Shown piece by piece: positions 1 through 7,733 of a DNA stretch of 64,000 bases. Made by a program: the position numbers and the translations under genes. Source of the stretch: Acidimicrobiia bacterium (GTDB lineage Bacteria; Actinomycetota; Acidimicrobiia; IMCC26256; PALSA-555); the NCBI GenBank assembly GCA_035468285.1, contig DATISY010000067.1:836-64835 (forward strand). The letters run 5' to 3'. Numbering within the stretch: position 1 is the stretch's first letter; each line of letters begins with the position of its first letter. The notes under the pieces were generated by a model. The model saw only the letters and a program-made list of their open reading frames with translations, was not told where the DNA came from and did no database searches.

Positions 1-332
1 CCACCGACCCGGTCGTCGGGTACCACGGGGGGCACAGCACGTTCACGCAGCTCCCGGTGCTGGACGTCCCGACGAGTGTCGCCGCCTGGGCGGCGCGGGA
101 CCGGTGTGCCGCGAAGCCGACGAAGCACCGGGTGACCCCGCACGTGGAGCTGACCGACTACACGGGGTGTCGGGCGGGCACCGCGGTCGAGCTCTACTCC
201 GTGGTCGGCGGCGGGCACACCTGGCCGGGCGCGATCGATGTCCCGTCACTCGGGCCGACGACGCACGAGATCGACGCCACCGATCTCATCTTGGCGTTCT
301 TCGCCCGGCACGCCCGCCCCGGCGTCACGTAG
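1..332 (+). CDS. Esterase, PHB-depolymerase/LpqC-like family, C-terminal fragment (5' end outside window)
   Basis: Frame is open from nt 3 to the stop at 330-332. The translated tail contains YSVVGGGHTWPG, a GGxHxWPG block I associate with polyhydroxybutyrate-depolymerase-type esterases. Confidence 0.5.
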   Translation, partial: TDPVVGYHGGHSTFTQLPVLDVPTSVAAWAARDRCAAKPTKHRVTPHVELTDYTGCRAGTAVELYSVVGGGHTWPGAIDVPSLGPTTHEIDATDLILAFFARHARPGVT

Positions 333-362
333 CACGGGTCGAGCGCCTCCGGCGCCCGGGCG

Positions 363-1772
363 TCACTCCGTCGCGGCCCCGGCCGGCTCGGATTGGCCGT
401 TGCCGACCCAGACGGTCTTGACGTTGCAGAACGCGCGGATTCCGTGCGCCGAGAGCTCCCGCCCGTATCCGGAGGTCTTGACACCACCGAAGGGGAGCTC
501 GGGATAGGACGTGGTCATGCCGTTGATGAACACCGCGCCGGCGTCGAGGTCGCGGATGAACCGGTTCTGCTCGGCAGGGTCGGTGGTCCAGGCGTTCGAG
601 CCGAGCCCGTAGTCCGTGGCGTTGGCGAGGGTGATGGCGGCGTCGAGGTCAGGGACCCGGTAGAGCTGCGCGACCGGCCCGAACACCTCCTCGTGGTACA
701 TGCGCATCTCCGGGGTGATCCCGGTGATGACGGTGGGGGGGTAGTACCAGCCCGGGCCGGGTGGGCGCTCCCCGCCGCAGCGCACGGTGGCGCCGTGCTC
801 GACGGCGTCGCGGACGAGGTCCTCGACGTCGGTGCGGCCCTGCTCCGTGGCGAGGGGCCCGATGTCGGTCCGGTCGTCCATCGGGTCACCGACGCGCAGC
901 GCAGCCATCTGGTCGACGAACCGCTGCTCGAACTGGTCAGCCACCGCGTCGTGGACGATGAACCGCTTGGCGGAGATGCAGCTCTGCCCGTTGTTCTGGG
1001 TCCGCGAGGTCGTCGCGACCTCGGCGGCACGGTCGAGGTGCGCGGATGGCATCACGATGAACGCGTCGCTGCCCCCGAGCTCGAGGACGGTCGGTTTGAT
1101 CTCGCTCCCGGCGATCGCGGCGACGGAGCGTCCCGCGGGGGCGCTCCCGGTGAGGGTCGCGGCGACGACGCGGCCGTCGCGCAGGACCCGCTCGACCTGG
1201 TCGGATCGGATGAGCAGCGTCTGGAACGCTCCGTCCGGGAAGCCCGCCTCGGTGAACAGGTCCTGCATGAAGAGCGCGGTCTGGGGGACGTTCGAGGCGT
1301 GCTTGAGGAGCCCGACGTTGCCGGCCATCAACGCCGGCGCCGCGAAGCGCATGGCCTGCCAGAGCGGGAAGTTCCACGGCATCACCGCGAGGACGGGGCC
1401 GAGCGGCTGGTAGCGGGCGTAGGCGTGCTGCGCGTCGACGGCGTCGGCGTCGGCGGGCTCGTCGGCGAGGAACGTCTCGGCGTGCTCCGCGTAGAAGCGG
1501 CACGCGGTGGCGCACTTCGCGGTCTCGGCCTTGGCCGCGGTGAACGTCTTGCCCATCTCGGTGGTCATGACGCCAGCGACTTCGTCGCGGTCCCGGTCGA
1601 GGATCGCGGCTGCCTGGACCATCCACGCGGCGCGGTCCGCGAAGCTGGTCGACCGGAACTGGACGAATGCCCGCTGCGCCTGTTCGAGCCGGTCGTCGAC
1701 CTCACGGTCCGACAGGGCGTCGAACGTCTTGACAGTCTCGCCTGTCGCAGGATTGATCGTCGCGATCGCCAT
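363..1772 (-). CDS. NAD(P)+-dependent aldehyde dehydrogenase (succinate-semialdehyde dehydrogenase-like)
   Basis: 469 aa. ALDH hallmarks are present: PWNFP, catalytic-Glu block LELGGSD, catalytic-Cys block NNGQSCISAKR, and C-terminal PFGGVKTSGYGRE. Confidence 0.9.
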   Translation of the reverse strand: MAIATINPATGETVKTFDALSDREVDDRLEQAQRAFVQFRSTSFADRAAWMVQAAAILDRDRDEVAGVMTTEMGKTFTAAKAETAKCATACRFYAEHAETFLADEPADADAVDAQHAYARYQPLGPVLAVMPWNFPLWQAMRFAAPALMAGNVGLLKHASNVPQTALFMQDLFTEAGFPDGAFQTLLIRSDQVERVLRDGRVVAATLTGSAPAGRSVAAIAGSEIKPTVLELGGSDAFIVMPSAHLDRAAEVATTSRTQNNGQSCISAKRFIVHDAVADQFEQRFVDQMAALRVGDPMDDRTDIGPLATEQGRTDVEDLVRDAVEHGATVRCGGERPPGPGWYYPPTVITGITPEMRMYHEEVFGPVAQLYRVPDLDAAITLANATDYGLGSNAWTTDPAEQNRFIRDLDAGAVFINGMTTSYPELPFGGVKTSGYGRELSAHGIRAFCNVKTVWVGNGQSEPAGAATE

Positions 1773-1969
1773 CGATGCTCCTCGCGTCGGGCCGAGTCTC
1801 TTCTTGAGTCTTGCCCGCCACGGTCGGGGCGGAACCCGACCGACCCGCGGCCAGGCTGGGGAGCGCCGGGGTGAGGCGGGGTGGGTTGGCGGCGCAGCCC
1901 GTGGGGTACAGGAGCGGCACGGCTGGGTTGTCGAAGGGACGGCCCGGCGTCACGAACGAAGGAGATCCG

Positions 1970-2143
1970 ATGGCGACCGCACGGAATCAGGCTCGGAACA
2001 CCTCGCAGTCCGCCAAGGGCAAGGTCAAGGAGACCGCCGGGCGAGCGACGGGGAACCGCAAGCTGCAGGCCAAGGGCACCACCGACCAGGCCAAGGCCAA
2101 GGTCAAGAAGACCGGCGAGAAGGTCAAGAGCAAGCTGCGATAG
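1970..2143 (+). CDS. CsbD family stress-response protein
   Basis: 57 aa starting at ATG 1970, preceded by GAAGGAG. Lys/Gly-rich repeats (KGKVKETAG...GKTTDQAKAKVKKTGEKVK) are typical of CsbD/YjbJ. The 53 upstream codons of the 110-aa track ORF have no support. Confidence 0.8.
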   Translation: MATARNQARNTSQSAKGKVKETAGRATGNRKLQAKGTTDQAKAKVKKTGEKVKSKLR

Positions 2144-2181
2144 GACGCCGAGCCCGTCGCGGCCGACGCGCCGGGACGGGC

Positions 2182-3291
2182 TTAGCGGCCGAAGCCGTAG
2201 AGCCGCTGGCTGTTGCCGGCCAGGATGAGCTGACGCTCGGTGGGTGGGACCCCGGAGAACGCGGCTTGGATCGTCCGCCACGACTCGGGCCAGTCGGCGC
2301 TGATGTGGGGATAGTCGTTCGACCACAGGATCCGCTCGACACCGACATGGGCGCGGTTCTGGATGCCGAACGTGTCGGTCATGAACCCGAAGTGGAAGTG
2401 GCGTTCGATGTACTCGCTCGGGTTCGCGGCGAGACCGAAGCGGCTCACCGGGTCGAGCCGGTGGTAGTTGTTGTCGATCTGCTCCTTCGCGTAGGGCACC
2501 CAGCCGAAGTCGACCTCGGCGAAGACGACGTCGAGGTCGGGGAAGCGGTCGAAGATCCCCGAGAAGATCATCTCGATCATCCGGTTCGGGGCGTCGAAGA
2601 ACCGGCCGTAGCCGGGCAGCTTGGCGCTGTGCGCCGTCGGCATCCGCGCCGCGAGGCTCACATGGATGCCGAGCGGGACCTGGCGCTCGGCGAGGCGGCC
2701 CCACACCTTGTCGTCGGTCGCGTCGGGTTGCAGCGACCCGTTCGGGTAGGTGCCCATGACGACGCCTCGCATCCCGGGCCGGTCGAGGACGCGGTCGATC
2801 TCCGCCACGGCAGGTTCCGCGCCCCAGTTCGGGAGCATGGCGAGCCCACCGAAGCGCTCCGGGGCGTACTCGACGTACTCCGCGATCCAGTCGTTGTACG
2901 CCGCGACCATCGCCGCCCGGTACTCCGGGTCCGGGTTGGCGAACACGGCTTGCGCGAGCCGCGGCGTGGGGTAGAGGACTTCGGCGTCGACGCGGTCGCG
3001 GTCCATCTCGGTGAGGCGCGCCGCGGGGTCGTGGCCCCCACGACGGATGTCCTCGAAGCGGACCCAGCCCTGCATCGCCTCCGGCTCGAGGCCGGCGCAG
3101 GCGTTCATCCCGAAGTTGATCGGGTCGGTGACCCCTTCGATGACCCAGGCGTCACCTTCGTCGAAGTGCTCGATGCGGGGAGCGCGGTCCCGGAACGCGG
3201 CCGGGACCCGGCCGGTCCAAAGGTCCGGGGGCTCGTTGACATGGCTGTCGGCTGAGATGAGCCGGTAGTGGCGTCCTGGTGCTGTCGTCAC
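2182..3291 (-). CDS. Amidohydrolase family 2 (ACMSD-like metal-dependent hydrolase/decarboxylase)
   Basis: 369 aa from GTG 3291. Begins ISADSHVNEPPDLW and ends ILWSNDYPH..., the typical start and end blocks of amidohydrolase_2. The 721-aa track ORF is a run-on that overlaps the opposite-strand aldolase gene. Confidence 0.85.
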   Translation of the reverse strand: MTTAPGRHYRLISADSHVNEPPDLWTGRVPAAFRDRAPRIEHFDEGDAWVIEGVTDPINFGMNACAGLEPEAMQGWVRFEDIRRGGHDPAARLTEMDRDRVDAEVLYPTPRLAQAVFANPDPEYRAAMVAAYNDWIAEYVEYAPERFGGLAMLPNWGAEPAVAEIDRVLDRPGMRGVVMGTYPNGSLQPDATDDKVWGRLAERQVPLGIHVSLAARMPTAHSAKLPGYGRFFDAPNRMIEMIFSGIFDRFPDLDVVFAEVDFGWVPYAKEQIDNNYHRLDPVSRFGLAANPSEYIERHFHFGFMTDTFGIQNRAHVGVERILWSNDYPHISADWPESWRTIQAAFSGVPPTERQLILAGNSQRLYGFGR

Positions 3292-3360
3292 GGGCCGTCC
3301 CCGGTTGGCGGTCGAGGCGAGTGATCGTACCTGGATGGTCCGTAGACTCCCGCCGGCCCC

Positions 3361-4287
3361 ATGGACGACACCAGCCGCCGTGCGTCGAGCACGTTCGTGA
3401 TCTCCATCACGCCGTTCACCGCCGACGGTGCGCTCGACGAGGCTGGGCTGCGGGCCCATCTGGGTCGCCTCGCCGCGGCGGGGATCGGCGTCTACCTCGC
3501 GGGGAGCGGCAGCGGTGAGGGCTACACCCTCGACACCGGCGAGGTGGAGCGCGTCCTGGCCGTCGGCGCCGAGGTCCTCGGCGGGCGGGTCCCGGTCCGG
3601 GCGATGGGCGTCGAGCCGCGCACCGCGGCGCAGATGGTCGAGATGGCCCGGGTCGCGGCCCGGTCGGGGGTCGAGGCGATGCAGCTCTACTCGCTCGATC
3701 AGGGGCACGGGAACCGGCCGACGCGGGCCGAGCTCGACCGGTACCTCCGCACCGTGCTCGACGCGGCGACGCTGCCGGTGGTGCTGTCGACGCACCAGAG
3801 CGTCGGGTACCTCCTCGCCCCGGACCTGATCGGTGCCCTGCTCGACGACTACGACCAGGTGATCGGCGTCAACTGCTCGACACTCGACGTGTCGTACCTG
3901 CTGCGCGTCATCGAGGCGGTCGACGAGCGCGCCGACGTGCACGTCGGTGGCCCGCTGCACGCCCTCACCTGCCTCGCGCTCGGGGGCCAGGGGTACCTGA
4001 GCTCGGACGGGAACCTCGCCCCCCGCTTGTGTGTGTCGGTCATCGACGCGTACCGGTCCGGGGACCTCGCCGCGTGTCATGCGGCGTTCCGGACCGTCAT
4101 GCGGCTGTTCGCCGCGACACGCGACGCGGGCGGTGTCGCCGCGACGAAAGCCGCGCTCGACCTGCTCGGCCTGCCGGGGGGTCCACCACGGCCACCGCGT
4201 CTGCCCCTCGACGCGCCGGGCCGGGAACGGGTCCAGCGCACCATCGTCGAGGCCCTGGCTTTGGCCGAGCGCGAACACCTGACCTGA
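3361..4287 (+). CDS. Dihydrodipicolinate synthase/N-acetylneuraminate lyase family aldolase
   Basis: 308 aa. N-terminal ITPFTADGALDEAGLRAHL and GVYLAGSGSGEG blocks fit the DapA-like class I aldolase family. Divergent from the amidohydrolase gene. Confidence 0.8.
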   Translation: MDDTSRRASSTFVISITPFTADGALDEAGLRAHLGRLAAAGIGVYLAGSGSGEGYTLDTGEVERVLAVGAEVLGGRVPVRAMGVEPRTAAQMVEMARVAARSGVEAMQLYSLDQGHGNRPTRAELDRYLRTVLDAATLPVVLSTHQSVGYLLAPDLIGALLDDYDQVIGVNCSTLDVSYLLRVIEAVDERADVHVGGPLHALTCLALGGQGYLSSDGNLAPRLCVSVIDAYRSGDLAACHAAFRTVMRLFAATRDAGGVAATKAALDLLGLPGGPPRPPRLPLDAPGRERVQRTIVEALALAEREHLT

Positions 4288-4343
4288 CCACACCTGACCG
4301 CGCGCCGCGTGTGGCGACGCGCGGTCAGGCAGGCGGGCGGGTG

Positions 4344-4718
4344 TCACATGTTGCCGTCACCGTCGTTCGGCCCACCGAAGTTGTCGCCGTCGTGGTCGCC
4401 GCCCCCGTTCTGAGGGATCGGGTTCGGCGGCGGAGGCGGTGCCATAGCCGGCGGGGGTGGCGGCGTGAACCGGCGCGGCGGAGGCGGCGGTGGGGACGGT
4501 GGCGGTGGCAGTGGTGGGGGAGGGGGTTGCGTCGTCGGCGGTGGAGGCGGCAGTGTCGTCGTGGTCGTCGTCGGCATCGTCGTGGTCGTGGCGGCCACAC
4601 GGACTTGGGGACGGCTCGAGGTCGAGCCCGACGAGGCCCACACCGCACCGGCCCCAGCGACGATGACCACTGCGGTCGCCACGCCGATGAGCCGGGTCCG
4701 CGTCGAGATGGAACGCAT
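4344..4718 (-). CDS. Proline-rich secreted or membrane-anchored protein
   Basis: 124 aa from ATG 4718, with a GGAGAAGGA RBS upstream. N-terminal hydrophobic anchor (LIGVATAVVIVAGAGAVWA), then a Thr run, poly-Pro tracts and a Gly/Asp/Asn-rich C-terminus. Low complexity, no family recognised. Confidence 0.5.
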   Translation of the reverse strand: MRSISTRTRLIGVATAVVIVAGAGAVWASSGSTSSRPQVRVAATTTTMPTTTTTTLPPPPPTTQPPPPPLPPPPSPPPPPPRRFTPPPPPAMAPPPPPNPIPQNGGGDHDGDNFGGPNDGDGNM

Positions 4719-5045
4719 CAGGGATTCCTTCTCCTTTGGTTGGTGGAGTGCTTCCCCGGCGCTCGACGGTCCTACGGATGAGCGCGTCCCGCGGATTGCG
4801 CGCAACACCGGGCCCGGGACGGGCCCTGGCGGTAACATGGGCTTGTGATCGGTACCGGCCAGTGCGCGCGCGGCGCAGGAACCAAGGAGGTGAGGCGGAT
4901 GCGACGACGAAGCGAACCCCCGAGTCCCAGCCGTCGTCCCGCCTGCTGCCGGTCACTGCTGCCCTAGTCGCCTCCTCGCGACGGCGGCCCCGGCGGCGCG
5001 GGCTCGATCTGCTCGCCCTGCCCGCCGGAGACCCCGGAGGCCCCC

Positions 5046-6383
5046 ATGGCCCGCCGTCCACCCTTCCCCAGCCCTGCCGCGCTGCGGTCCCGTCGCGACC
5101 GCCGCACCGAACGGCTCCTCGCCAACCGCGCCGTCCTCGACGCGCTGACCTCGGTGGCAGGTCTGGTCGGGCGGCCCGTGCGGATCACCGGCGGCGCCGA
5201 GGTCGGCCGCCTCGTCGACCTCGTCGCCCGATGGGACGGCGAGCCCTACCCGCCCATCACCGGCCTCATGGTCAAGGTCGGTCGTCGCCTCGCGTTCGTC
5301 CCGAGCGAGCAGATGGCCGACCTGGGCCGGACCGAGGTCACGCTCCGGTCCGCCACGTTCAGCCTGCGCGACTTCGAGCGCCGCCCCGGCGAAGTCCTGC
5401 TGAACGGTGACGTCCTCGACCATCAGCTCGTCGACGTCGACGGGGTCCGCGTCGTGCGCGCCTCGGACCTCTACCTCGCCCGAGTCGCCGATGGATGGCG
5501 CCTCGTCGGCGTCGACGTCGGCTTCCCGTCGCTGCTGCGCCGCCTCGGGCCCCGCCGGTGGCGGGCGCGCCCGACACCGGAACGGGTGATCGACTGGGCC
5601 GCGATCCAGCCCTTCGGGGTCGACCCCGGCCCGTTACGCCTCCAAGGCGAGAACCAGACGTTGGCCCGGCTCCGGCCGGGCGAGCTCGCCGACCTCCTCG
5701 AGGAGCTGGGTCGACCCGAGCGGACCGAGCTCCTCGAGCGGCTCGGCCCCGACTCCGCGGCCGACGCGCTCGAGGAGATGGAAGCCGACGAGCTGCGCAC
5801 CCTGCTCCGTGACCTGCCGCGGCAACGGGCGGCGGAGCTGATCGGCGCGATGGAGCCCGACGAGGCCGCCGACGCGCTGCGGGACCTCGACCCCGACGAG
5901 CTCGACGAGGTCCTCACCGCGATGAAGCCGACGGTGGCGATGAAGCTGCGCCCGCTGCTCGCCTACCCGGAGAGCAGCGCCGGCGGGCTCATGACCACCC
6001 GGCTCCTCCTCGCGCACCGCCGGGACCGGGTCCGCGCCGTCCGGGAGCGGCTCCCTGCCGCGACCGACGAGCGCGGCGACCTCGACGGGGTCGTGGTCGT
6101 CGACGACGGCGGCCGGCTCCTCGACGACCTGCGCCTCGTCGACCTGCTCCTCGCCGGCGACGACGACGTCCTCGAGGAGCTCGTCGAGTCGTCAGAGCCG
6201 GTCACGGTCCACAGCGACGCGCCGCTCGACGAGGTCGTCGACCGGCTCATCGACTCGCGTCGCACGTCGGTGATCGTCACCGACGACGACCACCACCCCA
6301 TCGGTCGCATCCTCGCCGACGACGTCATCGACGCCCTCGTCCCGGCCCGCGGTCGTCACCGCGTCCATGTCCGCTTCCCATGA
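5046..6383 (+). CDS. Soluble PRC-barrel / MgtE N-terminal domain / CBS-pair protein (no MgtE membrane domain)
   Basis: 445 aa with GGAGG 5 nt upstream. Acidic helical MgtE_N-like region (ELADLLEELGRPERTELLERLGPDSAADALEEMEADE...AAELIGAMEPDEAADALRDLDPDELDEVL), followed by a CBS-like pair. No hydrophobic segments. Confidence 0.8.
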   Translation: MARRPPFPSPAALRSRRDRRTERLLANRAVLDALTSVAGLVGRPVRITGGAEVGRLVDLVARWDGEPYPPITGLMVKVGRRLAFVPSEQMADLGRTEVTLRSATFSLRDFERRPGEVLLNGDVLDHQLVDVDGVRVVRASDLYLARVADGWRLVGVDVGFPSLLRRLGPRRWRARPTPERVIDWAAIQPFGVDPGPLRLQGENQTLARLRPGELADLLEELGRPERTELLERLGPDSAADALEEMEADELRTLLRDLPRQRAAELIGAMEPDEAADALRDLDPDELDEVLTAMKPTVAMKLRPLLAYPESSAGGLMTTRLLLAHRRDRVRAVRERLPAATDERGDLDGVVVVDDGGRLLDDLRLVDLLLAGDDDVLEELVESSEPVTVHSDAPLDEVVDRLIDSRRTSVIVTDDDHHPIGRILADDVIDALVPARGRHRVHVRFP

Positions 6384-7636
6384 ACCGGCCCTTCCCCCGG
6401 ATGGCGCCCCGGCGCCGGGCCGTCTGGCTCTTCGCCGCCCTGGGGCCGGGTGTCATCGCCGCGAACGCCGGCAACGACGCGGGTGGGATCGCGACGTACG
6501 CGTCGGCGGGCTCCCAGTTCGTCTACCGGATGCTGTTCCTGATGGTCCTGGTCACGGTGGCGCTCGTCGTCGTCCAGGAGATGTCGGCCCGGCTCGGCGC
6601 GTACACCGGGGAGGGCCTCGTCTCGCTGATCCGGGAGCAGTTCTCGCTCCGGACCGCGACCGTCGCCGTCGTCTGCCTCGTCGTCGCGAACCTCGGGCTC
6701 GTCGTGTCAGAGTTCGCCGGGATCGGCGCCGCGTTCGAGATCTTCGGGGTGTCTCGCTACATCGCGGTGCCGTTGGCCGCGGTCGGGATCTGGGCCGTCG
6801 TGGTCCTCGGCTCCTACCGGTACGCGGAACGGGTGTTCCTGCTGCTGTCGGTGGCGTTCCTCGCGTACCCGATCTCGCTGTTCCTCGGACACCCCGACTG
6901 GGGCCAAGTCGCGACGAACACCTTGTGGCCGCACTTCCTGGCCAGCCACGACTTCATCGTCCTCGCGGTCGCGCTCGTCGGCACCACCATCACCCCGTAC
7001 ATGCAGCTGTACCAGGCGGCCGCGGTCGTCGACCGCGGCATCGGGCCCGACGACTACCCCCGGGAACGGCTCGACAGCGTCGGCGGGGCGATCTTCGCCA
7101 ACCTCATCAGCATGTGCATCATCATCGCCACCGCGGCCGCGATCGGCGGGACCGGCGCGCTCACGTCGGCCGACCAAGCGGCCCGGGCCCTCGAGCCCGT
7201 CGCCGGAGCGAGCGCGGCGATGCTCTTCGCCGTCGGGCTGCTCGGCGCGTCGGCTCTCGCCGCGGCGGTGGTGCCGCTCTCGACGGCGTACGCGCTGGCC
7301 GAGGCGGTCGGGGCGGAACGGTCGGTGTCGCGGCACTTCCGTGAGGCGAAGCTGTTCCTCGGGCTCTTCACCGGCCAGGTCGTGCTCGGCGCCGCGGTGG
7401 CGCTGATCCCCGGGAACCTGATCAACCTGCTCCTCAACACCCAGATCCTGAACGGGCTGATCACCCCGGTGATCCTGGTGTTCATCCTCATCCTCGCCAA
7501 TCGGCGCACGGTGCTCGGCGACGCGGTGAACTCGCCCCGGTTCCGGGCCGTCGCGACGATCTCGGTGATCGGCGTCAGCGTGCTGGCGACCGTGGTCGTC
7601 GCCCAGACCGTCGGCGGTTGGCTCGGGATGGCCTAG
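6380..7636 (+). CDS. Nramp (SLC11)-related transporter with non-canonical metal-site motifs (NRMT-like)
   Basis: 418 aa, about 11 hydrophobic segments. The start overlaps the upstream stop (ATGA). TM1 reads GNDAGGIATY where Nramp has DPGN. TM6 reads GTTITPYMQLY where Nramp has GAxxMPHNLYLH. Confidence 0.85.
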   Translation: MNRPFPRMAPRRRAVWLFAALGPGVIAANAGNDAGGIATYASAGSQFVYRMLFLMVLVTVALVVVQEMSARLGAYTGEGLVSLIREQFSLRTATVAVVCLVVANLGLVVSEFAGIGAAFEIFGVSRYIAVPLAAVGIWAVVVLGSYRYAERVFLLLSVAFLAYPISLFLGHPDWGQVATNTLWPHFLASHDFIVLAVALVGTTITPYMQLYQAAAVVDRGIGPDDYPRERLDSVGGAIFANLISMCIIIATAAAIGGTGALTSADQAARALEPVAGASAAMLFAVGLLGASALAAAVVPLSTAYALAEAVGAERSVSRHFREAKLFLGLFTGQVVLGAAVALIPGNLINLLLNTQILNGLITPVILVFILILANRRTVLGDAVNSPRFRAVATISVIGVSVLATVVVAQTVGGWLGMA

Positions 7637-7733
7637 CGGCGCCGGCCAGGGATCGGCGTCCCGTCCGGGCGGACAGGACGCGAACCACGGGCGGGCGGCC
7701 CGGAACTCGTCGCGGCCCACCCGCGGGGCGACG

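Noticed and set aside
393-1874. 493-aa + strand ORF antisense to the aldehyde dehydrogenase gene
   Set aside because: The product is Arg/Gly/Val/Asp-rich with no motifs. It fully overlaps a gene with clear ALDH signatures. Long antisense ORFs are the expected artefact of about 70% GC with GC3-rich codons.
3292-4347. N-terminal 352 codons of the 721-aa - strand ORF (2182-4347)
   Set aside because: Amidohydrolase homology starts only at about codon 353 (GTG 3291). The upstream part is Arg/Pro/Gly-rich and overlaps the well-supported + strand DapA-like gene.
4880-4980. Possible M-box (ykoK) Mg2+ riboswitch upstream of the MgtE-N/Nramp-related operon, suggested by AGGTGAGGC and CTGCTGCCC strings
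   Set aside because: The region is only about 100 nt. It lacks the other conserved M-box blocks I remember (e.g. CTAATGGGTCAACAG-like and GTGCTAAAGCTC-like). The two short matches may be chance. I kept it only as a generic structured leader/uORF hypothesis.
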